A DNA stretch of 54,822 nucleotides from Thermoplasmatota archaeon (GCA_029762535.1 JARVGK010000020.1:1-54822); one strand, 5' to 3'; positions 44,465 through 54,821 are shown, numbered from the stretch's first letter. Notes: generated by a model from the letters alone, not told the origin. Made by a program: numbers and translations.

Positions 44465-46609
44465 TTGGCGGTAAAGAGCACTTCAAAAAAAAAGAGTGCC
44501 GAGAATTCGGAGCCGGACCTGGACGATCCCGGCCTTTACATCAACAGGGAGATATCCTGGCTGAAGCTCAATGAGAGGATACTCGAGGAGAGCCTGGACC
44601 CCTCACAGCCGCTATTGGAGCGCATGAAGTTCCTGGCGATATGCGGATCCAACCTCGACGAGTTCTTCATGGTCAGGGTATCAGGGATCAAGAGGCAGTT
44701 CGAGGAGGGGGTCTTAAAGCTCCCGGCGGACGGCATGAGCCCCAGCGAGCAGCTGGTAGAGATAAGGAAGGAGGTCAAACTGCTGCTCAAAAGGTACACC
44801 AGATGCTGGAGCGATCTCATTCAGGAGCTTGGGAAGAACGGCATAGAACTGACAAGGGTCAAGGACCTCAACAGGAAGCAGAAGGACGCGCTCTACTCCT
44901 TCTTCAAGGAGAACATATTCCCCACGCTCACGCCCCTCGCCATGGATTTCTCCCATCCGTTCCCGTTCATTTCGAACCTCAGCCTTAACCTGGCAGTGGT
45001 CATAGAGGATGGCGATCTGCCCCAGAGATACGCCCGCGTCAAGGTCCCGAACAATATATTCCCCAGGCTATTCTCCATAACCGAGGACGGAAAGAAGATA
45101 CTGCCCTTAGCGCAGCTCAAGGTCGCGAGGAACATATCGTTGGTCCTCCTTGAGGACATCTGTTCGAGCAACATATCTGAGCTCTTCCCAGGGCTTAACG
45201 TCGGCGCCACATATCCGTTCAGGACGACCCGCGATGCGGAGATCGAGATCGCCATAGACCAGGCAGGGGACCTGATGACGGCCATACAGGAGGGGATGGA
45301 GGAAAGAAAGTTCGGAAGGCCCGTCAGGCTGGAGATCGACGCTTCGATGCCTGAAAAGGTTAAGGACCAGTTCGCCAAGAACCTCAAGCTCACGAACGAC
45401 TTCGTTTACAAGTTCGACGGCCCGCTTGGCATCGTGGACATGTGGCAACTGCTGAAGATCGATCGGCCGGACCTCAAGGACCGACCATTCAAGCATCACA
45501 TACCGCACGAGCTCTCGGAGGAGCACAATCTGTTCGCCTCCATTTCGAAGAGGGATTATGTGTTCTACTATCCATACGACAGCTTCCAGGTCATCGTGAA
45601 CCTTATCCGACAGGCGGCGAGGGACCCTGATGTCCTCTCCATAAAGACATCGCTATACAGAATAGACAGGGACTCACCCGTCATCGAGGCGCTACTCAAG
45701 GCCAGGGAAGAGGACAAGGCCGTATCCGCCTTGGTGGAGCTCAAGGCTAAGTTCGATGAGGAGAACAATATTGAATGGGCACATGCCCTCGAACAGGCCG
45801 GAGTGCACGTCGTATACGGGGTCGAGGACCTGAAGGTGCATTCGAAGATCCTCCAGATCGTGAGAAGGGAGGGGGGTGGGATCAGATTCTATTCATACAT
45901 ATCGTCGGGCAATTTCAATGCGATGACCGCGAAGGTCTACGCGGATATCGCTTACCTCACCTCTAACAGAGAGATCGGAACGGAGGTCGCAGAGGTGTTC
46001 AACTCACTTACAGGATATTCGAGAAAGACGGACTACAAGCATCTTCTCGTGGCCCCTCACACCCTCAGGAACGATATCCTCTCATCCATCGAGCGCGAGA
46101 TCTCCCTCCACAAGGAGAAGGGCGGCGGCCACATCGCCCTGAAGCTTAACGGATTGACGGACAGGGGCATCATCAAGGCCCTCTACAAAGCGTCCATCGC
46201 AGGGGTCAGGGTCGTTCTCAATGTCAGAGGGCTCTGTTCGATCAAGCCGGGGATACCCGGGATCAGCGAGAACGTATCCGAGACATCCATAATCGGGCGG
46301 TTCCTGGAACATGCGCGAATTTACTATTTCAGCAACGGCGGGGATGAGGAGGTCCTCATAGGGTCCTCCGACCTGATGCCCAGGAACCTATACCGGAGGA
46401 TAGAGGTCCTTCTCAGGGTGCCCGATCCCCGGTTGAAAAAGGCGATCATAGAGAAGATGCTCAACGTTCATCTCTCAGACAACTTCAAGGCCAGGAGGCT
46501 TCTTCCCGACGGGACATGGGTCAGAGACCATCCTGAAAAGGGACATGATCCATTCAACTCACAGGAATACCTGATATCCAACAGGGGGTTATGGCATGAA
46601 ATTCAGTAA
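44465..46609 (+). CDS. ppk1: Polyphosphate kinase 1
   Basis: NREISWL, SNLDEFFMVRV, HPFPFISN, VELKAKFDEENN, KVHSK, GRFLEH, RNLYRRIE. TTG start after GGAGG. Confidence 0.97.
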   Translation: MAVKSTSKKKSAENSEPDLDDPGLYINREISWLKLNERILEESLDPSQPLLERMKFLAICGSNLDEFFMVRVSGIKRQFEEGVLKLPADGMSPSEQLVEIRKEVKLLLKRYTRCWSDLIQELGKNGIELTRVKDLNRKQKDALYSFFKENIFPTLTPLAMDFSHPFPFISNLSLNLAVVIEDGDLPQRYARVKVPNNIFPRLFSITEDGKKILPLAQLKVARNISLVLLEDICSSNISELFPGLNVGATYPFRTTRDAEIEIAIDQAGDLMTAIQEGMEERKFGRPVRLEIDASMPEKVKDQFAKNLKLTNDFVYKFDGPLGIVDMWQLLKIDRPDLKDRPFKHHIPHELSEEHNLFASISKRDYVFYYPYDSFQVIVNLIRQAARDPDVLSIKTSLYRIDRDSPVIEALLKAREEDKAVSALVELKAKFDEENNIEWAHALEQAGVHVVYGVEDLKVHSKILQIVRREGGGIRFYSYISSGNFNAMTAKVYADIAYLTSNREIGTEVAEVFNSLTGYSRKTDYKHLLVAPHTLRNDILSSIEREISLHKEKGGGHIALKLNGLTDRGIIKALYKASIAGVRVVLNVRGLCSIKPGIPGISENVSETSIIGRFLEHARIYYFSNGGDEEVLIGSSDLMPRNLYRRIEVLLRVPDPRLKKAIIEKMLNVHLSDNFKARRLLPDGTWVRDHPEKGHDPFNSQEYLISNRGLWHEIQ

Positions 46610-48851
46610 AGATGTTCGCCGCTTCGGGGCCATCACCATTGTGGAACGTATCGAGAAGCTGTCCAAGCATATGGATAGAGCAAGGAGCATGGAGGATCCG
46701 GAGGACGTGCATCAGCTCCGAGTGACATCGAGGAGGCTACGGGCCGCTCTCCCGGTCTTCAAATCCTGCTTCCAGAAGAGGAGATTTGAAGGATATATCA
46801 AAGGAATGAAGAAAGTGACACGATCATTGGGCATGGCCAGGGACCTCGATGTCCAGATCATTTACTTGAATTCACTTCTGAAGGAACATCGAAGGAAGCC
46901 TATGGGGCCGGCTCTGAGATACCTGATCGACCATAGGAAAAATGAGAGAACCGCTCTCCAGGGAGAGGTGATCAAGGCGCTGAATGACCTGTCATCCTCC
47001 GGGCTTCTTGATTCTATTATGAAGGATTGCAGAGGGGCGGATGATCTGAATGGAGACGAACCCTGGCCGGACTCGCTCTTCATGCTCTTCCGGGACAATC
47101 TGACAGGCCCTCTCGATCAACTCCATCAGCTCTCCTCCTCGCTCCAAGACGAGGATAAGAAGGAAGAGCACCACGAGATGAGGATCGCTGCCAAGCGCCT
47201 GAGGTACACTCTTGAGCTCTTCTCTAGGATCTTTGAGGACGGGCTTGCAAATGAGATATCGTACCTCAAGAAGCTTCAGGACGTTCTTGGTGAGATCCAC
47301 GATTGCGATGTCTGGTCGATGCAGCTGCCCAAGCTGAAGGATGTTGTCCCCGAGTCCGCCGAATTGGGAAAGGGGCTCGACCTTTTTATGGAACATATCA
47401 AGGACAGGCGGTCCCAACTCTTCGTCAAGGCGGGGGAGGTGTGGTCACTTAACGCCGAGAGCCTGTCCTTTCTGAGGAAGATGGCCGGATCGGATTCATA
47501 CCTTCCGGCCTCTCGCTTCCCCAAGGTGGCCTTCATATCCGACATACACGGCAATTTTCACGCGCTCGGATCCGTCATGGATGATGCGCTCGCCAGAGGC
47601 GCTTCCCTCTTCATCAACGCAGGGGATTCGGTAGGGTTCGGCGCGCTGCCTGGAAAGGTCATCGAGGAGATATCGGCAGATAATTTCCTAAACATCTGCG
47701 GCAACTTCGACCTGGAGATGCTTGATTTCGGCAAGAAGGGAAAGAAGGGTTCCGCCGAAAGGGAAAAATCCATCTCTCTCAAGCATGCCAAAGGATCGCT
47801 GACCGGGTCCCAAAAGAGGACGATCGCTGGTTTTCCCTCAAAGCGGGACCTGATGATCGGACCTTTGAAGGTGCATGTCGTACATTCGAGCCCCCTTTCA
47901 AAAAAGGAACATGTCACCATGGATATGCCCGAACCTCGTCTCTCGGAACTTTTGACTTCATGCGGGGCGGACCTTCTCGTGATCGGACATTCACATGAGC
48001 AGTTCCTCAGGGACTGCAGCGGGGGGATGGTGCTCAATCCCGGTTCTGTAGGCAGGCCCGGCGACGGCGACCCAAAGGCGGCGTACGCGATCATGGACGC
48101 CAACACCGGCGAGGTCCAGCTGATAAGGGTCGATTACGACATCGATGCCGCCGTGGAGGCGATACGAAGCGAGGGCCTGCCCGAACGTTTTTCCCAGATG
48201 CTGATAAGGGGAAGAGCGCTCGAGGTCGTGATGGAGGAGGAAAAGATAATGGATTCGCTTGGCCGTTCCGACGAGGACCTGCTATCCTTCAGGGAGAAGG
48301 TGATGGCCACGGGGTCCGTTTTCGATCCGGATCCCGGCCATACACAGAGAGTGACCTCGCTATCGCTTTCCCTCTTCGACCAGCTCCAATCGATACACAT
48401 GATGGGAAGGGAGGAGAGGCACCTTCTGGATTGCTCGGCTCTGCTTCACGACATCGGTTGGAGCAGGGGCGGGGGCAAACACCACGTATCGTCAATGCTT
48501 ATGGTACTCAATGATAATGAAATGCCTTTCGGCATCAGGGAGAGATATATTGTCGCATCGATCGCCAGATATCATAACTCTCTCCCGAAGTCCAAACATC
48601 CCAACTATTCCATCCTCAATCAGATAGATCGAAGGACCGTTTCAATGCTTTCCTCCTTACTCAGGATCGGCGACTCTCTGGACGCCTCCCATGAGGGGAA
48701 GGTCAAAGGCATCGAGGTTCGTCTTTCCGAGGAGAGGATCGAATTGTTAGCCAGTGCTTCGGAGCCGATCCCTCAGGAGATCGAGAAGTTCTCGGTGAAG
48801 AAGGACCTTTTCGAGAAGGTCTTCAAGCGTTCGATCGTACTCTCAGCCTGA
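46596..48851 (+). CDS. CHAD + calcineurin-like metallophosphoesterase (YfcE-like) + Ppx-type HD domain fusion
   Basis: CHAD: HQLRVTSRRLR, RDLDV, HEMRIAAKRLRY, LQDVLGEIHD. MPE: SDIHGN, GDSVG, GNFD, GHSH, NPGSVG. HD: ALLHDIG, HH, ARYH, LRIGDSLD. Confidence 0.9.
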   Translation: MKFSKDVRRFGAITIVERIEKLSKHMDRARSMEDPEDVHQLRVTSRRLRAALPVFKSCFQKRRFEGYIKGMKKVTRSLGMARDLDVQIIYLNSLLKEHRRKPMGPALRYLIDHRKNERTALQGEVIKALNDLSSSGLLDSIMKDCRGADDLNGDEPWPDSLFMLFRDNLTGPLDQLHQLSSSLQDEDKKEEHHEMRIAAKRLRYTLELFSRIFEDGLANEISYLKKLQDVLGEIHDCDVWSMQLPKLKDVVPESAELGKGLDLFMEHIKDRRSQLFVKAGEVWSLNAESLSFLRKMAGSDSYLPASRFPKVAFISDIHGNFHALGSVMDDALARGASLFINAGDSVGFGALPGKVIEEISADNFLNICGNFDLEMLDFGKKGKKGSAEREKSISLKHAKGSLTGSQKRTIAGFPSKRDLMIGPLKVHVVHSSPLSKKEHVTMDMPEPRLSELLTSCGADLLVIGHSHEQFLRDCSGGMVLNPGSVGRPGDGDPKAAYAIMDANTGEVQLIRVDYDIDAAVEAIRSEGLPERFSQMLIRGRALEVVMEEEKIMDSLGRSDEDLLSFREKVMATGSVFDPDPGHTQRVTSLSLSLFDQLQSIHMMGREERHLLDCSALLHDIGWSRGGGKHHVSSMLMVLNDNEMPFGIRERYIVASIARYHNSLPKSKHPNYSILNQIDRRTVSMLSSLLRIGDSLDASHEGKVKGIEVRLSEERIELLASASEPIPQEIEKFSVKKDLFEKVFKRSIVLSA

Positions 48852-50351
48852 CGAGGAGGGCGGCGGGCACTGTTCCTTCAACCTGCCCTCGATGGCGGAG
48901 GCTATCGCACTGAGGGTGCTTATCCTTGAATGTTTCTTGGAGTTCGCCTCCACGATCGTCCAAGGCACCTTTTCGGTCGAGGTCCTGTACATCATCTCCT
49001 CCGCGGCCCGGATGTACTGGTCCCACTTCGACCTGTTCCTCCAGTCCTCATCCGTTATCTTCCATCTCTTGTAGGGATTGTTCATCCTCTCGTTGAACCT
49101 AGAAAGTTGGGTCTCGGCATCGATGTTGAGCCAGAATTTCAAAAGGACGGCGCCCTCGTCAACCCACTGTTCCTCCATCTCGATTATCTCGCTGTAGGCA
49201 CGCTTCCATTCGTTCTCGGTGCAGAAGCCTTCTATACGCTCCACGAGGACCCTTCCGTACCATGATCGGTCGAAGATCGCCATCCTCCCCGCGGGGGGCA
49301 GCTCCTTCCAGAACCTCCAAAGATAGTGATGGGCCTTCTCATCATCGGTGGGGACGATGATCGGGATGACCTTGTATCCGCGAGGGTCCAGTTTTTGGAC
49401 CAGCCTCTTGATGTTGCCTCCCTTGCCAGCGGCGTCCATACCCGAATAGATGATGATAACCGGGACCTTTCTGGCATAGACCTCGGCCTGAAGGCGGACC
49501 AGCTTGTTCTGAAGCTCCGAAAGTGCGGTCTCATATTCTGGAGGGTCCATTGGTGGCGGGTCGCGGATCATTGATAGGACCTGGGGGATATCATCCTCAT
49601 CATATGTTGCGCCGTTGATGGACCGGCGGCCTCCCATTATTATCTCCAATCTGCGGGATTCTATGGCGGAGACGATAGCCTTGAACACCTCCACCGTGGC
49701 CAGTCTCCTGTCGTGGGCGGGTATGATGTGCCAGGGCGCCCATTTCGTATGGGTGCGGACCAGCATGTCGTCGTAGGCCTTCAGGTAATCGCTATAATGC
49801 TTGTGATGGTCCCAGCTCTGAGGAAGATAGCGCCATGGGGTCTCCTTCTCTTCCTGAAGCTTCCTCAGTCTCCTCTCTTGCTCCTTTCGGGTGATGTGAA
49901 GGAATATCTTGACCATCAACGCCCCATCGACCGTCAATTGCCTCTCGAAGGAGTTTATCCTCTCATATATAGAGGGCAGCATTCTCTTCTTTAACTTGTC
50001 ATCTACCCTGTCATCAGAGGCCTTCATATACCATGATCGATCGAAGATAGCTATCCTTCCCTTGGGCGGGGTCAGTACCCAGAACCTCCAGAGGAACGGG
50101 CGCAGAAGTTCATCCCCATCAGGGGATTGTATAGGATGGACGGAATAGTTCCTCGGGTCCATCGACATCAGGACCCTGTTGATCATGCTGGCCTTTCCGG
50201 ATACGTCCCATCCCTCGAAGACCACCATCATCGGAAATCCAAGGTCCTTGACCTGCCTGTGAAGCACCCCCAGCTCCGTCTGCAGTCGGGAGATCTCCCT
50301 TTTGTATATCGAGTTCGAAATAAAACGGGATGTGTCGATATCATCGAGCAT
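48843..50351 (-). CDS. Two-domain PPK2 (class II, polyphosphate:AMP phosphotransferase)
   Basis: Two PPK2 repeats: EGWDVSGK...FDRSWY and GMDAAGKGG...FDRSWYGRVLVER, WKITDEDWRNR. Confidence 0.93.
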   Translation of the reverse strand: MLDDIDTSRFISNSIYKREISRLQTELGVLHRQVKDLGFPMMVVFEGWDVSGKASMINRVLMSMDPRNYSVHPIQSPDGDELLRPFLWRFWVLTPPKGRIAIFDRSWYMKASDDRVDDKLKKRMLPSIYERINSFERQLTVDGALMVKIFLHITRKEQERRLRKLQEEKETPWRYLPQSWDHHKHYSDYLKAYDDMLVRTHTKWAPWHIIPAHDRRLATVEVFKAIVSAIESRRLEIIMGGRRSINGATYDEDDIPQVLSMIRDPPPMDPPEYETALSELQNKLVRLQAEVYARKVPVIIIYSGMDAAGKGGNIKRLVQKLDPRGYKVIPIIVPTDDEKAHHYLWRFWKELPPAGRMAIFDRSWYGRVLVERIEGFCTENEWKRAYSEIIEMEEQWVDEGAVLLKFWLNIDAETQLSRFNERMNNPYKRWKITDEDWRNRSKWDQYIRAAEEMMYRTSTEKVPWTIVEANSKKHSRISTLSAIASAIEGRLKEQCPPPSSSG

Positions 50352-50454
50352 GGCCGATCCTCTCGAAAAGGCCGATCCGCGTTAATAAACCATCGTCCCT
50401 AGCAAAGATAATTATGTGTTAATCCATGTCGAAGAGCGTTCGCGAGGGATAGAA

Positions 50455-51639
50455 ATGAAAAGGGATCCGACATCGTTCTTGAGGACGGAATACGAGGAAC
50501 TGGTCCGGCAGGGCTTCAACTGGAAGCTGAGGGAGCTACAGGGCCCCTCCACGCCCAGATGCAGCGTCGACGGCAAGGAGCTGATAATGCTCTGCTCGAA
50601 CAACTACCTCAATCTTTCGAACCATCCGAGGCTGATCCAGGCGGCCATCGATGCTGCCAAGAGCCACGGGGCGGGATCGGGAAGCGTGAGGGCCATCGCG
50701 GGAAACATGGACCTTCACATCGAGCTGGAGAGGGCCATCGCCCGCTTCAAGAAGACCGAGTCGGCACTGTATTACCAGACCGGTTTCGCCACCAACGCCG
50801 GCCTCATCACCCAGCTCGCTCCCGACAAGGAGGACCTCATCATATCCGATGAGCTCAATCACGGTTCGATAATCGACGGCGTAAGGCTTTCGAAAGCCGA
50901 AAGGGGGGTATATCCCCATAACGACATGGGTGGGCTGGAGGACATCCTCAGGAGGTCCGAGGATAAGAGAAGGGTGCTGATCGTCTCGGACGGCGTGTTC
51001 TCGATGGACGGTGATATCGCGCCCGCCAAGGACATCGTAAGACTGGCCAACGAATATGGCGCCATGACCTACATCGACGACTGTCATGGCGAAGGTGTCA
51101 TAGGACATGAGGGCAGGGGGATCGGAGCCCATTTCGGGATCGAGGGCAAGATCGACGTGGAAATGGGCACGTTCTCGAAGGCTTTGGGCGTGGTCGGCGG
51201 CATGATAGCCGGAAGCCAGGACCTTGTCAATTTCGCTTACAACAAGTCGAGGACATGGCTCCTATCGGGATCATGTCCCCCCTCGACGGCGGCTGCCTGC
51301 AAAGCCTCCATCGAGGTGCTGGAGTCCGAGCCGGAGCATGTCAATCGGCTCTGGGACAACATCAGGTACTTCAAGAAGGAGCTGGTGTCCATGGGCTTCG
51401 ACACGGGACACAGCGAGACCGCGATCACCCCGGTGATGTGCGGCGAGTCCCACAAGGCCAAGGCTCTCTCGGAAGAGCTGTACGGAATGGGTGTTTTCGC
51501 CCTGCCGATCGTATTTCCCATGGTCGCAAGGGACAAGGCCCGGATCAGGACAATGATGAACGCCGGGCTGACCAAGGAAATGCTGGACGAAGCCCTCAAC
51601 GCCTTTGATAAGGGTGGAAAGAGGGTAGGGATAATCTAA
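50455..51639 (+). CDS. Glycine C-acetyltransferase / 8-amino-7-oxononanoate synthase family (Kbl-like)
   Basis: SNNYL, SDELNHGSIIDG, DGVFSMDG, DDCHG, GTFSKALG. Confidence 0.92.
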   Translation: MKRDPTSFLRTEYEELVRQGFNWKLRELQGPSTPRCSVDGKELIMLCSNNYLNLSNHPRLIQAAIDAAKSHGAGSGSVRAIAGNMDLHIELERAIARFKKTESALYYQTGFATNAGLITQLAPDKEDLIISDELNHGSIIDGVRLSKAERGVYPHNDMGGLEDILRRSEDKRRVLIVSDGVFSMDGDIAPAKDIVRLANEYGAMTYIDDCHGEGVIGHEGRGIGAHFGIEGKIDVEMGTFSKALGVVGGMIAGSQDLVNFAYNKSRTWLLSGSCPPSTAAACKASIEVLESEPEHVNRLWDNIRYFKKELVSMGFDTGHSETAITPVMCGESHKAKALSEELYGMGVFALPIVFPMVARDKARIRTMMNAGLTKEMLDEALNAFDKGGKRVGII

Positions 51640-52247
51640 GCGGTATAACCCTTTATCATCATCTCGCATCTCTGCAGGGCCGATGAGACCTCGCTGTCGT
51701 CGGGGTTGATCCTGAACGCCTGCCTGAGGAATGCTCTGGCCTCGTTCAGCATCGGCCTCTCGGAGCCCATCATGAGCAGCCCCAGCTGATGCCATGCCTC
51801 AGCGCAGTCGGTCCTCATTGCGAGAGCCCTGTTGAGGCTCATGGCGGAATCGGCAACGTCCCCGAGCATCCTCTGGGCAGTTCCGAGGCGGACCAGGGAC
51901 TCGAATTCCCTGAACCCGCATTTGGAGAGCTCCTGATATATGTCCCTGGCCTGATAGAAATAACCCTGGTCAATCAGCTCCTTGCCCATATCGAAACGCA
52001 TCGAGTTCACCTCGACCTCATCGATAGGGGGCTGTTCCTCGAGCATCGTCTGGGGGAACTCAGGGTCGTTGAGGATCGCAGGATCGAGTATGTTCTCGAT
52101 CTCAGAGAGCAGCTGATCATCGCTCATCTCGACGTAAACGGTCTCCTCCTGGAAATTCTCCTCGACGGGCATGTTCATCTCCAGGAGCTGTAGGGACAGG
52201 TCTCTCTGGGCGAGTTCGAGGGTGTCATTGTCCATGGTCATGTTCAT
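51636..52247 (-). CDS. TPR protein with an acidic N-terminus
   Basis: AEAWHQLG, EARAFLRQAFRINPD TPR patterns. Confidence 0.8.
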   Translation of the reverse strand: MNMTMDNDTLELAQRDLSLQLLEMNMPVEENFQEETVYVEMSDDQLLSEIENILDPAILNDPEFPQTMLEEQPPIDEVEVNSMRFDMGKELIDQGYFYQARDIYQELSKCGFREFESLVRLGTAQRMLGDVADSAMSLNRALAMRTDCAEAWHQLGLLMMGSERPMLNEARAFLRQAFRINPDDSEVSSALQRCEMMIKGYTA

Positions 52248-52332
52248 TCACCATTCCTTTCCTTGACGAATAGATCGGCCATGCTCTTATATAACTGATT
52301 AGCCCAAATTTTACCGATGGGAGAAAAACGGA

Positions 52333-52950
52333 CTATAGCCTCTCCATCACCCTGAAATAGAAGGGTTTCCCCAGCATAAGGCCCCATCTACCTGATGATC
52401 GAAGGCGTAGCGATGGTATGGAATCGATCATGCTCGATGTGTTGCGGGTGAGGTGGCAGTTCGATGGGATCCTCCATATAGGGGCGATCGCTCCGAAGAA
52501 CAGCCTTTGGGGGAGGGGACCGGGGGTTTCGTGCTCCATCGCTATCAGCACACCCCCTTTCTTAAGGACCCTTGCCGCCTCCCGCACGGTCGTATACGGG
52601 TCCTTCACCGTGCAAAGGATCAGCGTGAACACCACCGTGTCGAAGCTCTCCTCCTCGAAGGGCAGGCTCTCGCCGAAACCCACGCTGGTCCGGACACACC
52701 TTCCGTTTGGGCCGTAGCCGTACCTCCTTCCCTTCCTTTCAAGGCCTTTCAGCATCGCCTCATCGGGGTCCAGCGCGGTTACGCAGCTGACGGTGTCCGG
52801 ATAATGCCTAAGGTTCGACCCGGGGCCGCTCCCTATCTCAAGAACATGGCCACGGGCATACTTCATCAACCGTTCTCTGTATCTGTTGAACCAAAGAAGC
52901 TCCATTGGAGCCAGGACAAATTCGTAGCCGGCGGATCCTAACAATCCCAT
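52333..52950 (-). CDS. Class I SAM-dependent methyltransferase
   Basis: VLEIGSGPG, LPFEEESFDTV, LCTV, RVLKKGG, EH. Confidence 0.92.
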   Translation of the reverse strand: MGLLGSAGYEFVLAPMELLWFNRYRERLMKYARGHVLEIGSGPGSNLRHYPDTVSCVTALDPDEAMLKGLERKGRRYGYGPNGRCVRTSVGFGESLPFEEESFDTVVFTLILCTVKDPYTTVREAARVLKKGGVLIAMEHETPGPLPQRLFFGAIAPIWRIPSNCHLTRNTSSMIDSIPSLRLRSSGRWGLMLGKPFYFRVMERL

Positions 52951-53513
52951 CAATCCGAGAACTTCGATCCGCAGGAGGGGCAGTGTTTCCACTCCGGCTT
53001 GACCCTGAACTTGCATTCGGGACAGAAGGGTAGAGTGCCCTCGATCTCCTTCTTGAGCTCTTTCTTGATCGCCTTTACCAGCTTCTCCCTCTCGATCGAC
53101 CCAGGCAGCTGTATGAGTATGAGCGCTGTCATTGCGAAGAATGACATTATTGTGAGTACCGGGATTATCATGAACACGTAACCGGGAGAGTTCAAGGGGT
53201 CCGAGAATATGCTATTGCCGAAGGTGAAGGCCGCGATCCCCGCGAGGAGGAAGAGGTAGAATATGAAGACGGACCAGTAAATGAAGCCCTTCCTTCTGGC
53301 CTTTGAGAAGCTGACCAGTATCAGGAAAATAACGGCTGTGAGAAGCAGTACCGAGACGGCGAAGATTATGATCGATCCCAGGCCCTGGCTGTAGGGAAGC
53401 GTGGCCTCCGGATTGTCCAGATCGTAATTCTTCAGGGTCAGGAATACTATGACCATGCTGACTATCAACCCTATGTTGTAGAACACCGCTCCGACCTTGC
53501 TCATTAACGCCAT
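52950..53513 (-). CDS. Four-TM membrane protein with a C-terminal zinc ribbon
   Basis: Four hydrophobic segments; CPEC...WKHCPSCG. Confidence 0.8.
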   Translation of the reverse strand: MALMSKVGAVFYNIGLIVSMVIVFLTLKNYDLDNPEATLPYSQGLGSIIIFAVSVLLLTAVIFLILVSFSKARRKGFIYWSVFIFYLFLLAGIAAFTFGNSIFSDPLNSPGYVFMIIPVLTIMSFFAMTALILIQLPGSIEREKLVKAIKKELKKEIEGTLPFCPECKFRVKPEWKHCPSCGSKFSD

Positions 53514-53550
53514 CGGTCTTACCCCGCCCTGCGTAAACCCTTACAGACAT

Positions 53551-54201
53551 TTATTCCTTTTCTAATTCCGCGCGACCTCGTTCCAACAGCAGGTCATGGA
53601 ACGTCCTCATCCGGGACCTGGTCCTCTCAAGCAGACCGCTGGCATGCTCCAGCCACGAGGGCAGGAGAAACTCCAGGGCATCCTTCGGCACCCCTCCAAG
53701 AGGGACCTCCATCCTCTCCGTCCCCATCACCTCAACGGTGACCCCCCATGGGACGGGGTGTCCCTCTTCGTCGAGGCGAACGGACCTTATTGTGGTGAAC
53801 TTGAGACCGGCACTGTGGGCCATCTCCCACAGCTGTACTGCCGAGACGAGGTCCCTGCAGCGGACGTGGAGGAGGAAGGGCTGGGCCATCAGGAAGGCGT
53901 TCCTGGCCTTCCCGTATTTGGAGATGGCCCTAATCACCTCGCCGCTATCCACGGGTTCGTGCCATTTTCCAAGGACGATGCTGCCCTGCTTGTCCCCCAC
54001 CTCATCGAGGGTGATGAGCTGGACCCTTCCCGCGCAGGACGAGGTGGAGGCGAGATCCACCATGGAGTTCAAGGTGTGAAGCAGGGGCAGGACCTGATGA
54101 TCCACCCTGCCCTCGGATGCGGCCCGCTCCAGGGAGGCCAGGGCGGCCTCCCTGGGCGTTGTTGGTTCGCCCATGGCAAGGTATAGGGTGTCCCTCTTCA
54201 T
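53551..54201 (-). CDS. taw3: tRNA wyosine biosynthesis methyltransferase Taw3/Tyw3
   Basis: STSSCAGR, KWH, LLHV, EVMGTERMEVP. Confidence 0.9.
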   Translation of the reverse strand: MKRDTLYLAMGEPTTPREAALASLERAASEGRVDHQVLPLLHTLNSMVDLASTSSCAGRVQLITLDEVGDKQGSIVLGKWHEPVDSGEVIRAISKYGKARNAFLMAQPFLLHVRCRDLVSAVQLWEMAHSAGLKFTTIRSVRLDEEGHPVPWGVTVEVMGTERMEVPLGGVPKDALEFLLPSWLEHASGLLERTRSRMRTFHDLLLERGRAELEKE

Positions 54202-54206
54202 TAGGC

Positions 54207-54821
54207 CTACTCTTCTTTCGCCCCGGGCTCGTCTTTCTTGCCCTTGCTCAGGAGAACGACCATTACCACCACTACGATCAGTATCACGATCGCGATGACG
54301 ATCAGTAAGACCCAGGTGTAGTCTGGATCATCTTCGGGACCCTGGCCACCTTCCGTTTCGACCAGGATGAGGTCCTTCTCCGTTGTGACGGAGAGGTCCG
54401 CCCCTATGGTCCCGTCGGTCGTCAGCTCATCGTATCCGGTCAGTGTCACCTTGATGGAGACCTGCTCTCCGACCCATTCTGCGGGGACGTTTATCACCGC
54501 GATACCGTCGGCGCCGGTCGTGCCGGTCCTCTGGGCCGAACCCTTGGTGATAACTATCGAGGCCCCGGAGACCGGCGTCCCGTCCGAGAGGATCGGGCCT
54601 ATGGTGATGTCCGATGTCGGCGCACCAACGATGAACTTCAGTCCCACGGCATATGCTGTGATCTCGTTGCCGGCGATGTCCTTCAATCCGGACACGGAAA
54701 GCGATGTATCGCCGCCGACGGTGTCGTTTACCTGTATGGTCAGCGTCATACCGTCCGCGGACAGCTCGTACCGGGCCGGGACCGAGTCGGTCCCTCGCTT
54801 AAGGGAGACCTGCCCTGCGGT
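54207..54821 (-). CDS. C-terminal part of a membrane-anchored Ig-like surface protein (5' end beyond the window)
   Basis: Frame is open to the window edge. LKDIAGN, GTTGADG, C-terminal TM helix followed by lysines. Confidence 0.82.
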   Translation of the reverse strand, partial: TAGQVSLKRGTDSVPARYELSADGMTLTIQVNDTVGGDTSLSVSGLKDIAGNEITAYAVGLKFIVGAPTSDITIGPILSDGTPVSGASIVITKGSAQRTGTTGADGIAVINVPAEWVGEQVSIKVTLTGYDELTTDGTIGADLSVTTEKDLILVETEGGQGPEDDPDYTWVLLIVIAIVILIVVVVMVVLLSKGKKDEPGAKEE

